DNA from: Promethearchaeota archaeon
GTDB taxonomy: Archaea; Asgardarchaeota; Lokiarchaeia; Sigyniarchaeales; SOKP01
Assembly (NCBI GenBank): GCA_016839585.1
Contig: JAEOTZ010000075.1
Location: 1-40,379 of the forward strand
Direction of reading: 5' to 3'
Length of the DNA: 40,379 bases
Under the pieces are notes generated by a model. It ran no database searches. It was not told the DNA's origin and was given only the letters and a program-made list of their open reading frames with translations. The position numbers and the translations under genes are program-made. This document shows positions 9,503-19,329 of the stretch, in pieces. Position 1 is the first letter of the stretch; every line of letters starts with the position of its first letter.

Positions 9503-10843
9503 TTAATTTCCCTCCATTTGTTGTTCTGAAGTGGATTGAGCAATTTGAATAAATTTATCGATTGATGATCTTTTATTCATTTCGGTAACACACACCAGTG
9601 CAACATCTTTCATATTAGGGTAGTATTTTGAAACACGTAGAGGAGGTAAGATATTGTTTTCCTTACATTTTTCAATAAAATCATCAATATTTGGACATCT
9701 CACCAGGAATTCATTATAGGTTGGTTTTTTGTTTAATATTTTATAACCCGGGATTAAACTCAATTTTTTTTTAACATAATGAGCCTTTTGAAAATTTTGT
9801 AAAGCGATTTCCTTTAACCCTGTTTTTCCTATAGATAGAAGATATACTAATGCTGATAAAGAACATAATGCCTGATTAGTACAAATGTTTGAAATTGCCT
9901 TTTCTCTTCGAATGTGCTGTTCACGGGCTTGCAGTGTCAATATAAATCCTATTCCGTCTCCGTTAATTTCTTTTGTCTTTCCAACCAATCGACCTGGCAT
10001 TTTCCTTAAATATTTCTGCTTGGCAGTAAAGATCCCTAAACCTGGTCCACCAAATGAAGGATTTATTCCAAAAGATTGCCCTTCTGCCACAAATATATCT
10101 ATATCTGTTAACCCAGGAGGAATCAAAATCCCTAAACAAGTAGGATCTGTCATAACTTGAATTAATAAACATTCTGGTATTTTATCTTTAACAATTTTAG
10201 CTATTTTTGTAGTATCTTCAATATTACCAAAAAAATTTGGGCTTTGAAATAAAACTGCTGCAGTATTTTCATTTAGCTCATTTCCAAGCATATCTTCGGA
10301 TATTACTTTAAAGTTTATATTTTGACCCCAACAATATGTCTTAACAACTTCTATGTATTCAGGATGAATGCCTTCTAGTAAAATTATTGAATTTTTCCGT
10401 AAAATATTAGTTGCCATAATAGCAGCTTCAGCAAGGGCTGTCGATCCATCATACATACTTGCGTTTGCAATATCCATCTGAGTGAGTTGAGAAATAATTG
10501 TTTGATATTCATAAATAGCTTGTAAGTATCCTTGACTAGCTTCTGCTTGATATGGTGTATATGAAGTATAGAATTCTGAGCGACTTATTATAAAGTCTAC
10601 TAATGAAGGAATATAGTGATAATAACAACCTGCTCCTAGGAAAGAACTTAAATGTAATTTATTTTTATTCGCTAGCTTTTCCAATTCATGAAAAAGATCT
10701 GGTTCGGATAAACCTGAAGGTAAGTTTAATTTATCTAGATGCAATTCTTGAGGAATATCTTTAAATAAATCATCTAAATCATTGATACCGATTACATTTA
10801 ACATTTCATGAACAATTTTTTCATCATGAGGTACAAAATCCAT
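9503..10843 (-). CDS. gcvPA: Glycine dehydrogenase (decarboxylating) subunit 1
   Basis: SFLGAG, EFYTSYTPYQAEASQG, ANASMYDG, LQAREQHIRREKA.SNICTNQAL. ATG at 10843 preferred because AGGTG (10854-10850) is positioned as its ribosome-binding site. Confidence 0.97.
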   Translation of the reverse strand: MDFVPHDEKIVHEMLNVIGINDLDDLFKDIPQELHLDKLNLPSGLSEPDLFHELEKLANKNKLHLSSFLGAGCYYHYIPSLVDFIISRSEFYTSYTPYQAEASQGYLQAIYEYQTIISQLTQMDIANASMYDGSTALAEAAIMATNILRKNSIILLEGIHPEYIEVVKTYCWGQNINFKVISEDMLGNELNENTAAVLFQSPNFFGNIEDTTKIAKIVKDKIPECLLIQVMTDPTCLGILIPPGLTDIDIFVAEGQSFGINPSFGGPGLGIFTAKQKYLRKMPGRLVGKTKEINGDGIGFILTLQAREQHIRREKAISNICTNQALCSLSALVYLLSIGKTGLKEIALQNFQKAHYVKKKLSLIPGYKILNKKPTYNEFLVRCPNIDDFIEKCKENNILPPLRVSKYYPNMKDVALVCVTEMNKRSSIDKFIQIAQSTSEQQMEGN

Positions 10844-10915
10844 ACTAAACACCTTATTTTATTCAATAAATTGATGCAAATAGATATTTTAATTTAAAAA
10901 ATAAGTAAAAAAACA

Positions 10916-11311
10916 TTAATGATCCTCTTTTTCGACCAATTCTTTGTATTGTTCGACATTTAGAAGATCTTTAAATTCATCATCATGATTAATTTTAATT
11001 TTTATCATCCAACCTTCTCCATAAGGGGAAGCATTTACAAGTTCAGGAGCATCAGCAAGATTTTCATTAATTTCAATAACTTCTCCAGATAAGGGCATTA
11101 TAAAATCTCCCACAGCTTTGACTGACTCTATCTCTCCAGCATTACTTCCCTTTTCAAAAACCATTCCGATATCTGGGAGTTCTACAAAAACAATATCGCC
11201 TAACTGGTATTGAGCATAATCAGTGATCCCAACTATAGCTTCTTCATTGTCAATTTTTACCCATTCATGAGTAGAAGTATATTTTAAATTGTCAGGAAAT
11301 TTATAATCCAT
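10916..11311 (-). CDS. gcvH: Glycine cleavage system H protein
   Basis: HEWV, GITDYAQYQLGDIVFVELP, IESVKA (lipoyl-Lys), PELVNASPYGEGW. ATG at 11311 preferred; GTG at 11320 is the alternative. Confidence 0.97.
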   Translation of the reverse strand: MDYKFPDNLKYTSTHEWVKIDNEEAIVGITDYAQYQLGDIVFVELPDIGMVFEKGSNAGEIESVKAVGDFIMPLSGEVIEINENLADAPELVNASPYGEGWMIKIKINHDDEFKDLLNVEQYKELVEKEDH

Positions 11312-11346
11312 AATTTTCACTAATTTTTTAGAATATTAATCATTTT

Positions 11347-12444
11347 TTACACATTTCGGTAAAATGGTGTAGATACTATTTTTCCTTTAAGTAATTTATT
11401 ACGTACTTCAATTTCTATTTCAGTTCCCACTTCACTTAATTCTTTTTTAACTAATCCAAGGCCAATAGTTTTTTTAAGTGTTGGTGAGTATCCTCCTGAT
11501 GTGACGTAACCAATCTGGTTATTATCCTTAAATATTCTGTAATTTTCTCTAATAATCCCTTTATCTAACAAATTAAGCCCAACAATATTACGATCTATTC
11601 CTTGAGATTTTTGTTTCATTAAAACTTCTTTACCAATATAATCTATTCCCTCCTTCGGTTTCGCTAACCAACTAAGTCCTGCCTCGATAGCTGTTATTGA
11701 ATCACTAATTTCATGACCATATAAAGAATAACAAGCCTCTAATCTTAATGAATCTCTTGCTCCTAAACCAGCTGGAGAAGCTCCTGTTTCTAGTAAATTA
11801 TGCCAAACCTCCTCTGCAAAACGGTTTTCAAAAGATATTTCAACACCTTTCTCCCCAGTATATCCTGTCCTTGCTAGAAATATGGATTTGTTATTTAATT
11901 CACAATTAGCAAAATAAAATCGTTTAACATTCGAGAGATCCACGTTTAGCAACGGCTGGAGTATTTCATCTGCTTTTAAACCTTGAAATGCTAATCGAGC
12001 TCGCTTATCAGAAAGATTAGTAATTTTTACATCATGATTTCCAATATGACTAGTTAACCATTCAAGGTCTTTTTGGATGTTTCCTGCATTTACTATCATT
12101 CTAAATCTTTCAGGGGATTCTTCATAATAAACAAGATCGTCTACCACTGTTCCATTCTCATAACACATAATAGAGTATTGCCCTTTAGAAGGTTCAAGTA
12201 AATTTAAATCATTAATCATAATATATTGAAGAAAAGGTATTACATCTTTTCCCTCAAGAAGAAATTCACCCATATGAGAAATGTCAAACACTCCAGCTGT
12301 CGTGCGAACTGCCTCATGCTCTTTTATTATACTCTCATATTGAACTGGCATTTTAAATCCAGCAAAATTAACCATTCGAGCACCAAGTTTTATATGAGTC
12401 TCGTAAAGCGGTGTTTTTTTAAAGTTGAGATTTTCCTCGCTCAT
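11347..12444 (-). CDS. gcvT: Glycine cleavage system aminomethyltransferase T
   Basis: KTPLY, FDISHMGE, RTGYTGEKGVE, GLGARDSLRLEA, LYGHE, GYVTSG. Confidence 0.97.
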   Translation of the reverse strand: MSEENLNFKKTPLYETHIKLGARMVNFAGFKMPVQYESIIKEHEAVRTTAGVFDISHMGEFLLEGKDVIPFLQYIMINDLNLLEPSKGQYSIMCYENGTVVDDLVYYEESPERFRMIVNAGNIQKDLEWLTSHIGNHDVKITNLSDKRARLAFQGLKADEILQPLLNVDLSNVKRFYFANCELNNKSIFLARTGYTGEKGVEISFENRFAEEVWHNLLETGASPAGLGARDSLRLEACYSLYGHEISDSITAIEAGLSWLAKPKEGIDYIGKEVLMKQKSQGIDRNIVGLNLLDKGIIRENYRIFKDNNQIGYVTSGGYSPTLKKTIGLGLVKKELSEVGTEIEIEVRNKLLKGKIVSTPFYRNV

Positions 12445-12658
12445 AACCTCTACATCATTTTACTATTATTAATGTGTTAGATTCATATGTGGAATAAAAT
12501 TATATGCCTAATTTAAATTTTTAGGGTATAAACTTTGAATTAGTTTCTATATTCTAATTAATAACTCAGTTTAAAAAAAGGTTAGCAACAAAAATTTTAC
12601 GAAATAAATTTTAATAGAACCAAAAAAGTTTAATTATCCAACTAATTTTTATTTAAAA

Positions 12659-13552
12659 ATGAGTGATATTAATTCCGAAGATTATTTTTTATCATTTAAA
12701 GAAATATTTAATGAAGCCTTATTACGGGACTTGTCTATATTTTGTCTCCTCTTCATTCTAGTTGTTGCCCAATTGTGGGATAATATTTTACTATTATTAT
12801 TTCCTATAGTTACCTTCACATTCTCATTATTCTTTCGAACTATTAATACAAATAAATGGCGTATCGAGTTTAGAAATGAAATAGTTGTTTATAATCCTCT
12901 CGGATTAGAAAAAAGACATGCTAATCGTTTAGCTTTCTCTACATTCATTCAGTTAATCCTTTTGTATTGGTTAGGTGCTGAATCACTATATAACCCTCAT
13001 GTAGTTGATGATTATTTTATTTATTTCAATATTTTCTTTATCTTTATTTATTCTTTTGGATTTTTTTGGATTTTTACTGATTTATGGAAGTTTTCAAAGA
13101 TAGAAATTGATATAAAACTTAATAATCTTCATAATAAAGATACAATCCAATCAACTAATCTAAATAATATATTATCTTATCTCAAAATCAGAATTGTCAA
13201 GTTTATTTCCTTAATTAATATTTTAAATTTATTAATTTTAAATATAATAAACTTATTATCCATAACACTCATACAAAATAACCTTATTCCAGATATAGAC
13301 TACTACTTGCCGGGAACAGGTTCAGAGGGTTCTGAACCAATTACTATTTCTTTTATCACATACATAATTCTTATTGTTTCACCAACATTAAGTGCTATAC
13401 TTTTGGTTTTTACTTATAGGAATATTAATTATATCAATAAAGACAAATTAAACGAAATTCTAAAACCATTACCAAAAAATATTCAAATTAAAATTATTGA
13501 AAACCTAAAAGCGTTAAGTAATAAAATAAAAGACCAATTAAAAATTGAATAA
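12659..13552 (+). CDS. Hypothetical integral membrane protein (~6 TM)
   Basis: 297 aa ORF with multiple hydrophobic helices; no family recognised. Confidence 0.7.
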   Translation: MSDINSEDYFLSFKEIFNEALLRDLSIFCLLFILVVAQLWDNILLLLFPIVTFTFSLFFRTINTNKWRIEFRNEIVVYNPLGLEKRHANRLAFSTFIQLILLYWLGAESLYNPHVVDDYFIYFNIFFIFIYSFGFFWIFTDLWKFSKIEIDIKLNNLHNKDTIQSTNLNNILSYLKIRIVKFISLINILNLLILNIINLLSITLIQNNLIPDIDYYLPGTGSEGSEPITISFITYIILIVSPTLSAILLVFTYRNINYINKDKLNEILKPLPKNIQIKIIENLKALSNKIKDQLKIE

Positions 13553-13607
13553 AAATTTATTAAACTTGAATTTATATTATATTAAAAATCTTTTAAAAAC
13601 TAGTAAA

Positions 13608-14156
13608 ATGCTTCAAAAAAACACTAAAACTCAACATCTTTTATATAAAATTGTTATAGTGGGGGATGGGGGTGTCGGTAAATCTACTATGGTTCAGCGG
13701 TTATTAACAGGACTTTATCTTGAACAAAAAATCACCATAGGAACAGACTTAGCAACTTGTGATTTTGAAATAGATGAAAATACTACTGTTATGCTTCAGA
13801 TATGGGATTTTGCAGGAGAAAAACGCTTTAGATTTTTTCTACCAAATTATGCTCGAGGTGCTAGTGGCTGTTTACTGTGTTATGATATAACAAGACATAC
13901 TAGCTTTGATAATTTAATTGAATGGTACAACATTGTAAAAGATAATGCTGTTGATCCTGTTTTTATTTTAGTTGGAGGAAAACATGATTTAGCTGATCAA
14001 AGAAGATCTGTTGAATTTGTTGAAGCAATAGAATTTAAAAACAAGTATAATATTGCTCATATATTTGAAACTTCATCAAAATCAGGATTAAATAATAATA
14101 TTATTTTTGAAACATTGACTAAAGCAATTATCGAAAAAAGAAAAGGAATAATATGA
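13608..14156 (+). CDS. Rab-like small GTPase (eukaryotic signature protein)
   Basis: YKIVIVGDGGVGKS (G1), TIG (G2), LQIWDFAGE (G3), RF....NYARGA, YDIT, GGKHD (G4), ETSSK (G5). ATG at 13608 preferred over TTG at 13545. Confidence 0.92.
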   Translation: MLQKNTKTQHLLYKIVIVGDGGVGKSTMVQRLLTGLYLEQKITIGTDLATCDFEIDENTTVMLQIWDFAGEKRFRFFLPNYARGASGCLLCYDITRHTSFDNLIEWYNIVKDNAVDPVFILVGGKHDLADQRRSVEFVEAIEFKNKYNIAHIFETSSKSGLNNNIIFETLTKAIIEKRKGII

Positions 14157-14246
14157 TTTTAAGCTTTTTTAGTTACTTCTAGCTTTTTTTTGAATAAATG
14201 ATTTAAAATTAAAGAAAAAAAGGAATTTAAAACGATTTTTTAAAGT

Positions 14247-15188
14247 TTATGCCATTATATCTTTTAATTCATCTACATTTAATTTTAAATATTTTGCGGT
14301 AATTAGTTCTCTGCCTATAAGATTCAAGAAGTTTTTCTTTCGCTTTTTATCTAAGAACTTTTTCATCTCGCTAAGATCTGGTTTTGGATTTGTCACTTCA
14401 ATTAATTTCTTTTTTATTGCATAATCTACAACTTTTTGCCCTACATTCGTTCTTATAATTAATAATGCTTCGCCTGAACCTTTTGGAGCGCCCCAAGGTG
14501 AATAAGAAATATCCGAAAATTCGCCAGAAAAATCAGTACAATATTTACAACCACTCATTCCACCAGAAGAACATGCATATGCTATTCTTAATGAAGTACG
14601 CTCTGCACCAGTGTTAAAATCACTAACAAGTATCTTTGCTAAACCTTGTATATGACATGGATTTGCTATTATACCAATATCTCTTTTTTTGTCTAAATAT
14701 GCTTTACCAATACCAGTAATTAATGGACCTGCATTATCCATAGTAGCTTTGGGTATATATTTTTTAGCATCTTTAGCATTATCAACTACAACTGGAAACG
14801 CTACAGGCGGTTTTTTACTTTTTGGCTCGCTTAAAACCATATGTTTAATAACACCTGATTCAAAAGCAGCTAAAGCTAGATTGTATAAAATCTCATCTTT
14901 ATTACCAGATTTTACTTGAATAATATCTTTATAAACTCCAACAGCTATATCAACGCGAGTTTGACCAAATAATTCCTGTTCAATTTTTGAAATTGGTAGG
15001 AAAGTTCTAGGACAAGCGTTATAACAGAGACCTATTGTTTCAGAGCATTCATCAACAACATAAGCCTCTCCAGTTTCTTGATTGAAATCCATATGAGGGC
15101 AGAAAGCATTACAACTTCCACAATGAATACAGAGGCCTGAATAGATTACTTCATTTTCAAGATCTTGACTAGATTTTTCTACTTTCAT
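14247..15188 (-). CDS. FrhB/FdhB-like (F420 hydrogenase/dehydrogenase beta subunit family) protein with N-terminal ferredoxin domain
   Basis: GLCIHCGSCNAFCP...GLCYNACPR, IANPCHIQG, GCKYCTDFSGEFSDIS, LLIIRTNVG. Confidence 0.8.
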   Translation of the reverse strand: MKVEKSSQDLENEVIYSGLCIHCGSCNAFCPHMDFNQETGEAYVVDECSETIGLCYNACPRTFLPISKIEQELFGQTRVDIAVGVYKDIIQVKSGNKDEILYNLALAAFESGVIKHMVLSEPKSKKPPVAFPVVVDNAKDAKKYIPKATMDNAGPLITGIGKAYLDKKRDIGIIANPCHIQGLAKILVSDFNTGAERTSLRIAYACSSGGMSGCKYCTDFSGEFSDISYSPWGAPKGSGEALLIIRTNVGQKVVDYAIKKKLIEVTNPKPDLSEMKKFLDKKRKKNFLNLIGRELITAKYLKLNVDELKDIMA

Positions 15189-15280
15189 CTGTTTAGAACA
15201 CTTTTTATGAGTAAATAGGAATATTTAACTTTTTATTTGTTTAGTTAAATTAAACATGTCTTTTAAAGTTGGTTTACTTT

Positions 15281-15298
15281 AGTGTGAAATTTCACACT
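15281..15298. promoter_or_regulatory. Perfect 18-bp palindrome, candidate transcription-factor site
   Basis: AGTGTGAAATTTCACACT, between the divergent FrhB-like and TPR genes. Confidence 0.55.
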
Positions 15299-15455
15299 GG
15301 GAGAATTCTGTTTAAAAATATCTAAATTCTAATTTTGAAATAATTTTTTATATAAAACTAACATATAGATCCAATAGTAAAAATCCTCAAAATTAAACAA
15401 AAACGTAGTTTTAATTTAACAGAATTTTATTTCAAAATCTAAAGGGAAATTAAAT

Positions 15456-16931
15456 TTGAAAGAAAAGTTCATTGATAAAGTTAAGCGTGGTTTGAAAAAA
15501 ATAGAGGAAATTAGTGATAATACTGAAAAAGCACAAAATATTAAAGATGAGATCATTAACACATTTAAATCTAAAATCGAAGATTATAAAGATCCTATTA
15601 ATTTACTTAAGGATTTAAATGAAGAATTAAGAGATATAGATTATTCAGATATAAAGCATTTGACTCAAAAATCAAAACAGGAAAAATTATATGTATCCAA
15701 ACTAAAACATTCAATAAGATTTAAAGAAATCGATAAACCTTATGATGTTAATATAGCTAAATTTTCAAAATTTCAACCCAAAAAGAGAATTAAACTTCCA
15801 AAATTAGATGAAAAGAATCGTTCAAAATTATTGAAATTAAAAAAAAATATTGATATTATTAGATGTCCAATATGTCAATATTCCGTAAGTTCAATAAATG
15901 CTCGTTTTTGTAAGAATTGTGGACAAAAATTGCTAATTTATCGAGGAATAGAAGATTATGATAAGGCTATAAATATTTTAAAGCATTCTCTAAAAAATGA
16001 ATTAGAAGATTATTATACCTTGATGGATCTTGGCTCTTTATACTATAATAAGGCAAATTATAGAAAGGCGATAAAAGCTTATGAAAAATTTCTTAAAATA
16101 AATCCAAATGAAGAGATAATATTCACATATCTCGGGATAGCATATTACAAAATAAGTAAATATAAAAAAGCTATTAAAGCATTTAAAAATGCTTCACAGA
16201 TTAATCCAAATAATTCAACAATAAAAGCCTTTCTTGGTTTAGCTTATGGTTTGAATGAAAAATATGATAAAGCTATAAAAACTTGTAGGGAAGCAATAGA
16301 AATAAATTCTAGAGATAAATTTGCCTGGAATAATATCGGATTTATTTACAATTTAAAGGGTGAATATGATCTAGCAATAGAAACCTCTAATCGAGCCATT
16401 GATTGTGATCTTGGCTTTAGCGATTCTTGGAATAATCTTGGCTTTGCTTATTTAAGTATGGGTAATTATAGTGAATCTTTTAATTCTTTATACAAGTCAA
16501 TAAAATATAATCCTTATTATAGTATTGCTTGGAAGAACTTAGGTATCCTATATTATGGATTAGGTCATTATAAATTCGCTCTCGAAGCATATTGGTATTC
16601 AATAGAGTTAGAACCAAAAGATTGTGATACATGGTATAATCTAGCTAGATTATATTACCGTCAAGAAGATTATAATAAAGCTATCGAAGCAAATATAATT
16701 TGCTTAAAAATTAACTCAAACTTCAGTAAAGCTATAAAATTATTCGAGAAAATATTAGAAAGTGAAAAATCAACTCAATCAAATCATTACGCATGGTATT
16801 TTCTTGCAAAAATACATGATAACCACAAAAAATATCATAAGTCATTAGAAGCATGCCAAAATTCATTAAAAATCGAAAATAATTTTAAAAAAGCCTTAAA
16901 GCTTAGAAAAAAACTTCAAAAACACTTTTAG
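15456..16931 (+). CDS. Zinc-ribbon + TPR repeat protein
   Basis: CPICQ...FCKNCG zinc ribbon followed by about 9 TPR units (AWNNIG, SWNNLG, AWKNLG, TWYNLA). Confidence 0.85.
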   Translation: MKEKFIDKVKRGLKKIEEISDNTEKAQNIKDEIINTFKSKIEDYKDPINLLKDLNEELRDIDYSDIKHLTQKSKQEKLYVSKLKHSIRFKEIDKPYDVNIAKFSKFQPKKRIKLPKLDEKNRSKLLKLKKNIDIIRCPICQYSVSSINARFCKNCGQKLLIYRGIEDYDKAINILKHSLKNELEDYYTLMDLGSLYYNKANYRKAIKAYEKFLKINPNEEIIFTYLGIAYYKISKYKKAIKAFKNASQINPNNSTIKAFLGLAYGLNEKYDKAIKTCREAIEINSRDKFAWNNIGFIYNLKGEYDLAIETSNRAIDCDLGFSDSWNNLGFAYLSMGNYSESFNSLYKSIKYNPYYSIAWKNLGILYYGLGHYKFALEAYWYSIELEPKDCDTWYNLARLYYRQEDYNKAIEANIICLKINSNFSKAIKLFEKILESEKSTQSNHYAWYFLAKIHDNHKKYHKSLEACQNSLKIENNFKKALKLRKKLQKHF

Positions 16932-16981
16932 GGTCTTTTCTACTAGCTTCATCACATAATAATTTGTGATAAAAAGAATGA

Positions 16982-17013
16982 AAATTCCTAGAAGGTTAAC
17001 CTTCTAGGAATTT
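16982..17013. repeat. Perfect 32-bp palindrome
   Basis: AAATTCCTAGAAGGTT|AACCTTCTAGGAATTT with no spacer; lies between the TPR gene and the converging microprotein cassette A. Confidence 0.9.
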
Positions 17014-17026
17014 ATTCTACTACAGA

Positions 17027-17043
17027 CAATATGGAAACGGAAA
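17027..17043. repeat. Dispersed 17-nt motif, copy 1
   Basis: CAATATGGAAACGGAAA; other copies at 19286, 26279 and 32464. Confidence 0.85.
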
Positions 17044-17085
17044 TAAGAAAATAAGTATGAAAAAATAAAAGATTAAAAATATCTT

Positions 17086-17172
17086 TTAATGAATTATATA
17101 TCTTGAATTATAAATATCAACCAAATTCCTTACCTTTATTAATTCCCGTCTCTCCATCCTTTTTCTATTCAT
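17086..17172 (-). CDS. 28-aa basic microprotein (MNRKR family, copy A)
   Basis: Hand translation MNRKRMERRELIKVRNLVDIYNSRYIIH*; homologous to 32545-32616; GAGAG plus an A-run upstream. Confidence 0.6.
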   Translation of the reverse strand: MNRKRMERRELIKVRNLVDIYNSRYIIH

Positions 17173-17199
17173 TTTTTTTTCTCTCAAATTTTTTAGTTT

Positions 17200-17257
17200 T
17201 TATAAAATGCCCTCGCTCTTTATATGAACCTTATTGGCAGTCTTGCTCTGACATTTC
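17200..17257 (-). pseudogene. 3' remnant of a zinc-ribbon microprotein paralog
   Basis: 17201-17257 matches 19331-19387 at 46/57 nt. Encodes KCQSKTANKVHIKSEGIL* versus KCQKRTTDKVYIKSEGIL*. Similarity stops abruptly at 17257. Confidence 0.8.
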
Positions 17258-17870
17258 AAGTCAAGAGTATGACCCACCATTTTTTGACCATGAACCTGCA
17301 TGGAGTGAATTTTACGTTAAAAAACCTAAATTTGATAGTGCTTATTTAGCTACTTGGTGTGCTGCCTTTGATACTTTTTTTGGTTTTTCTCTAGAACTTC
17401 ATGACCCTATGCTGAATCATAATGTCGGATTTCAATCGGAGACTCATCAAGATGCTGGTTGGCTAGAACAATATACTATGCCAGACGAGTTTGACACTTC
17501 TGCCCCAGAGAGAAGAAAAAGTTTTTGGGACTTTTTTTCTGGTGTCGGACCTGATGCATGGAAAAAAGATTACTTAGAAGCAATATATCACCATCTCAAT
17601 GTAGCTGTTTATTATTGTGCTGCTGCCATGAATTCTCTTAAAGATCATTATACTTTTTGTAATAAGAATGAAGACGCCGAGAAGACGTTAGCCCAATCAA
17701 TTGAACTTCTTGCAGCTGAATATAGTTTATCTTTTGTATTATCTTTCGTGGGAAATTGGGCTGTAATTATTATCTTAACACGATCTGCTACATCTTTAGC
17801 AAAAGGACAATCTTTAGAGAATTTCCAAGAAGTACTTTGTGTTATGAGTAGACCATTTAGAGTTGGATAA
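17258..17870 (+). pseudogene. 5'-truncated fragment of a membrane-anchored protein, probably Zn-dependent phospholipase C/P1-nuclease-like (C-terminal half)
   Basis: SAYLATWCAAFDTFFG...DAGWLEQYT...HLNVAVYYCAAAMNSL plus a C-terminal hydrophobic helix; homologous to 34323-34718. The track's N-terminus (17103-17257) is antisense read-through of other genes. Family assignment is from recalled pattern only. Confidence 0.6.
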
Positions 17871-17926
17871 TTAATTTATTTATTTTTTTTAATTTTCATA
17901 TTTTTATTAATTATTGATAGTAGTTC

Positions 17927-19102
17927 TCAAAATGACTTAAACTTTCTTAAAATATTTCTTGAATTCCTATAGCATGGATTAGATCTAATATTAAGATAAT
18001 GAAGTGACTTTAAATTTAAAATAGAACTAGGCAATGTTTCTAATTGATTATTATTTAAACTAAAAAGTTCTAGAGATTTTAGATCACCAATAGAGTTAGG
18101 AAGAGAAGATAATTGATTCTTATCTAAGAAGAGAGATTTCAGATTAATTAATCTAGCTATCGATTCAGGAATAGAAGAAAGATGATTATTACTCAAGAAT
18201 ATTGTCTCCAATGAGCTCAAATTTCCAATAGAGTCAGGAAGCCTCTCAATTTTATTATAGCTTAAATCTAATTTCTTTAATGAGATTAAATTAGATAAAT
18301 TATTTGGTAACACTGTTAATTGATTATTACTTAGGGAAAGCCTCTCTAAAGAAGTTAGTTCTCCAATGGAATTGGGAATAATTATTATTTGATTCCAACT
18401 GGCATCCAAATCTTTAAGATTTTTAAGATTACCTATCGATTTCGGCAAAGTTTTTAATTTATTTCCAAGAATTATTAATTTTTCAAGAAAGTTAATACTT
18501 CCTAAAGATTCTGGGAGTATCTCTATATTATTATGTTGTAAATATAATTCTTTAAGTGAACTAAGTTCATTAATATTTTCAGGAAGTCTTGTTATATTAG
18601 GATTATTTATTGATAAGATTTGTAAATTTTTCATATGACAAATAAAATCAGGAATTTCAGTTATGCTGTTACCCGATAAGTGGAGGGATTGAAGTGAATG
18701 CAGATTTTTTAATTTCTCGGGAAACTCTTTGAATCCTGTATCTATTAACACTAATTTTTTAAGTGATTTAAGGTTAATTATTGAATCAGGTAGTGTTTCT
18801 AATCCATTTGATCTATTACTTTTGATATATAATACTTTAAGGTAAGTTAGGTTGCCGATTGACTCTGGAAGGTGTCTAAGATTTTTAATAGCAATCAATA
18901 CAACATGGCTTTTATCAACTTGAAAAAGAGGAGAATGGAACTCAAGCAACCAATCATCCATACAAAAATCTATACTCAATATGGAGAATCGTCTGCTCTC
19001 TGCTGTCTTTAATTTTTGTTCTATATCTTCTAAAGTTTTAGCTTCTGTACTCGGTATTTGAACTCCTCTAAATTCTATTAATTGTACTTCTCGATTATCC
19101 AT
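17927..19102 (-). CDS. Leucine-rich repeat protein (copy 1)
   Basis: About 13 repeats of 23 aa (LPxSIGNLxxLxxLxLxxN), N-cap EFRGVQIP...DFCMDDW, C-cap NP. Confidence 0.92.
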   Translation of the reverse strand: MDNREVQLIEFRGVQIPSTEAKTLEDIEQKLKTAESRRFSILSIDFCMDDWLLEFHSPLFQVDKSHVVLIAIKNLRHLPESIGNLTYLKVLYIKSNRSNGLETLPDSIINLKSLKKLVLIDTGFKEFPEKLKNLHSLQSLHLSGNSITEIPDFICHMKNLQILSINNPNITRLPENINELSSLKELYLQHNNIEILPESLGSINFLEKLIILGNKLKTLPKSIGNLKNLKDLDASWNQIIIIPNSIGELTSLERLSLSNNQLTVLPNNLSNLISLKKLDLSYNKIERLPDSIGNLSSLETIFLSNNHLSSIPESIARLINLKSLFLDKNQLSSLPNSIGDLKSLELFSLNNNQLETLPSSILNLKSLHYLNIRSNPCYRNSRNILRKFKSF

Positions 19103-19240
19103 CTTCTTATGTATTAATTATATTTCCGATTTTTAAATTTATCGAGCGAAGATGCTAACTGATTTATTAAATTTACACATATAATTTTTTTAATTAATTA
19201 TTAATGATTAAGTATTAAGTTTATGGAATGAAATAGATTA

Positions 19241-19302
19241 ATTCACAGAGAAAGGATTCCCCCTCAGAACCCCTTCTTAGTGAATCAATATGGAAATGGA
19301 AA
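19241..19302 (-). repeat. Conserved hairpin + 17-nt motif, copy B
   Basis: ATTCACAGAGAAAGGATTCCCCCTCAGAACCCCTTCTTAGTGAAT (19241-19285) followed by CAATATGGAAATGGAAA (19286-19302); homologous to 32420-32480. Confidence 0.85.
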
Positions 19303-19329
19303 ATTAGTGTGGATAATAAAAAGAATCTT

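Noticed and set aside
984-14919. Short track ORFs 984-1199, 6161-6358, 9885-10160, 9963-10172, 12226-12480, 14689-14919
   Set aside because: Antisense or alternate-frame shadows of well-supported genes, with no motifs.
17103-17257. N-terminal 50 aa of track ORF 17103..17870
   Set aside because: It is the antisense of the MNRKR microgene and the zinc-ribbon remnant; low-complexity F/S-rich translation, not a real N-terminus.
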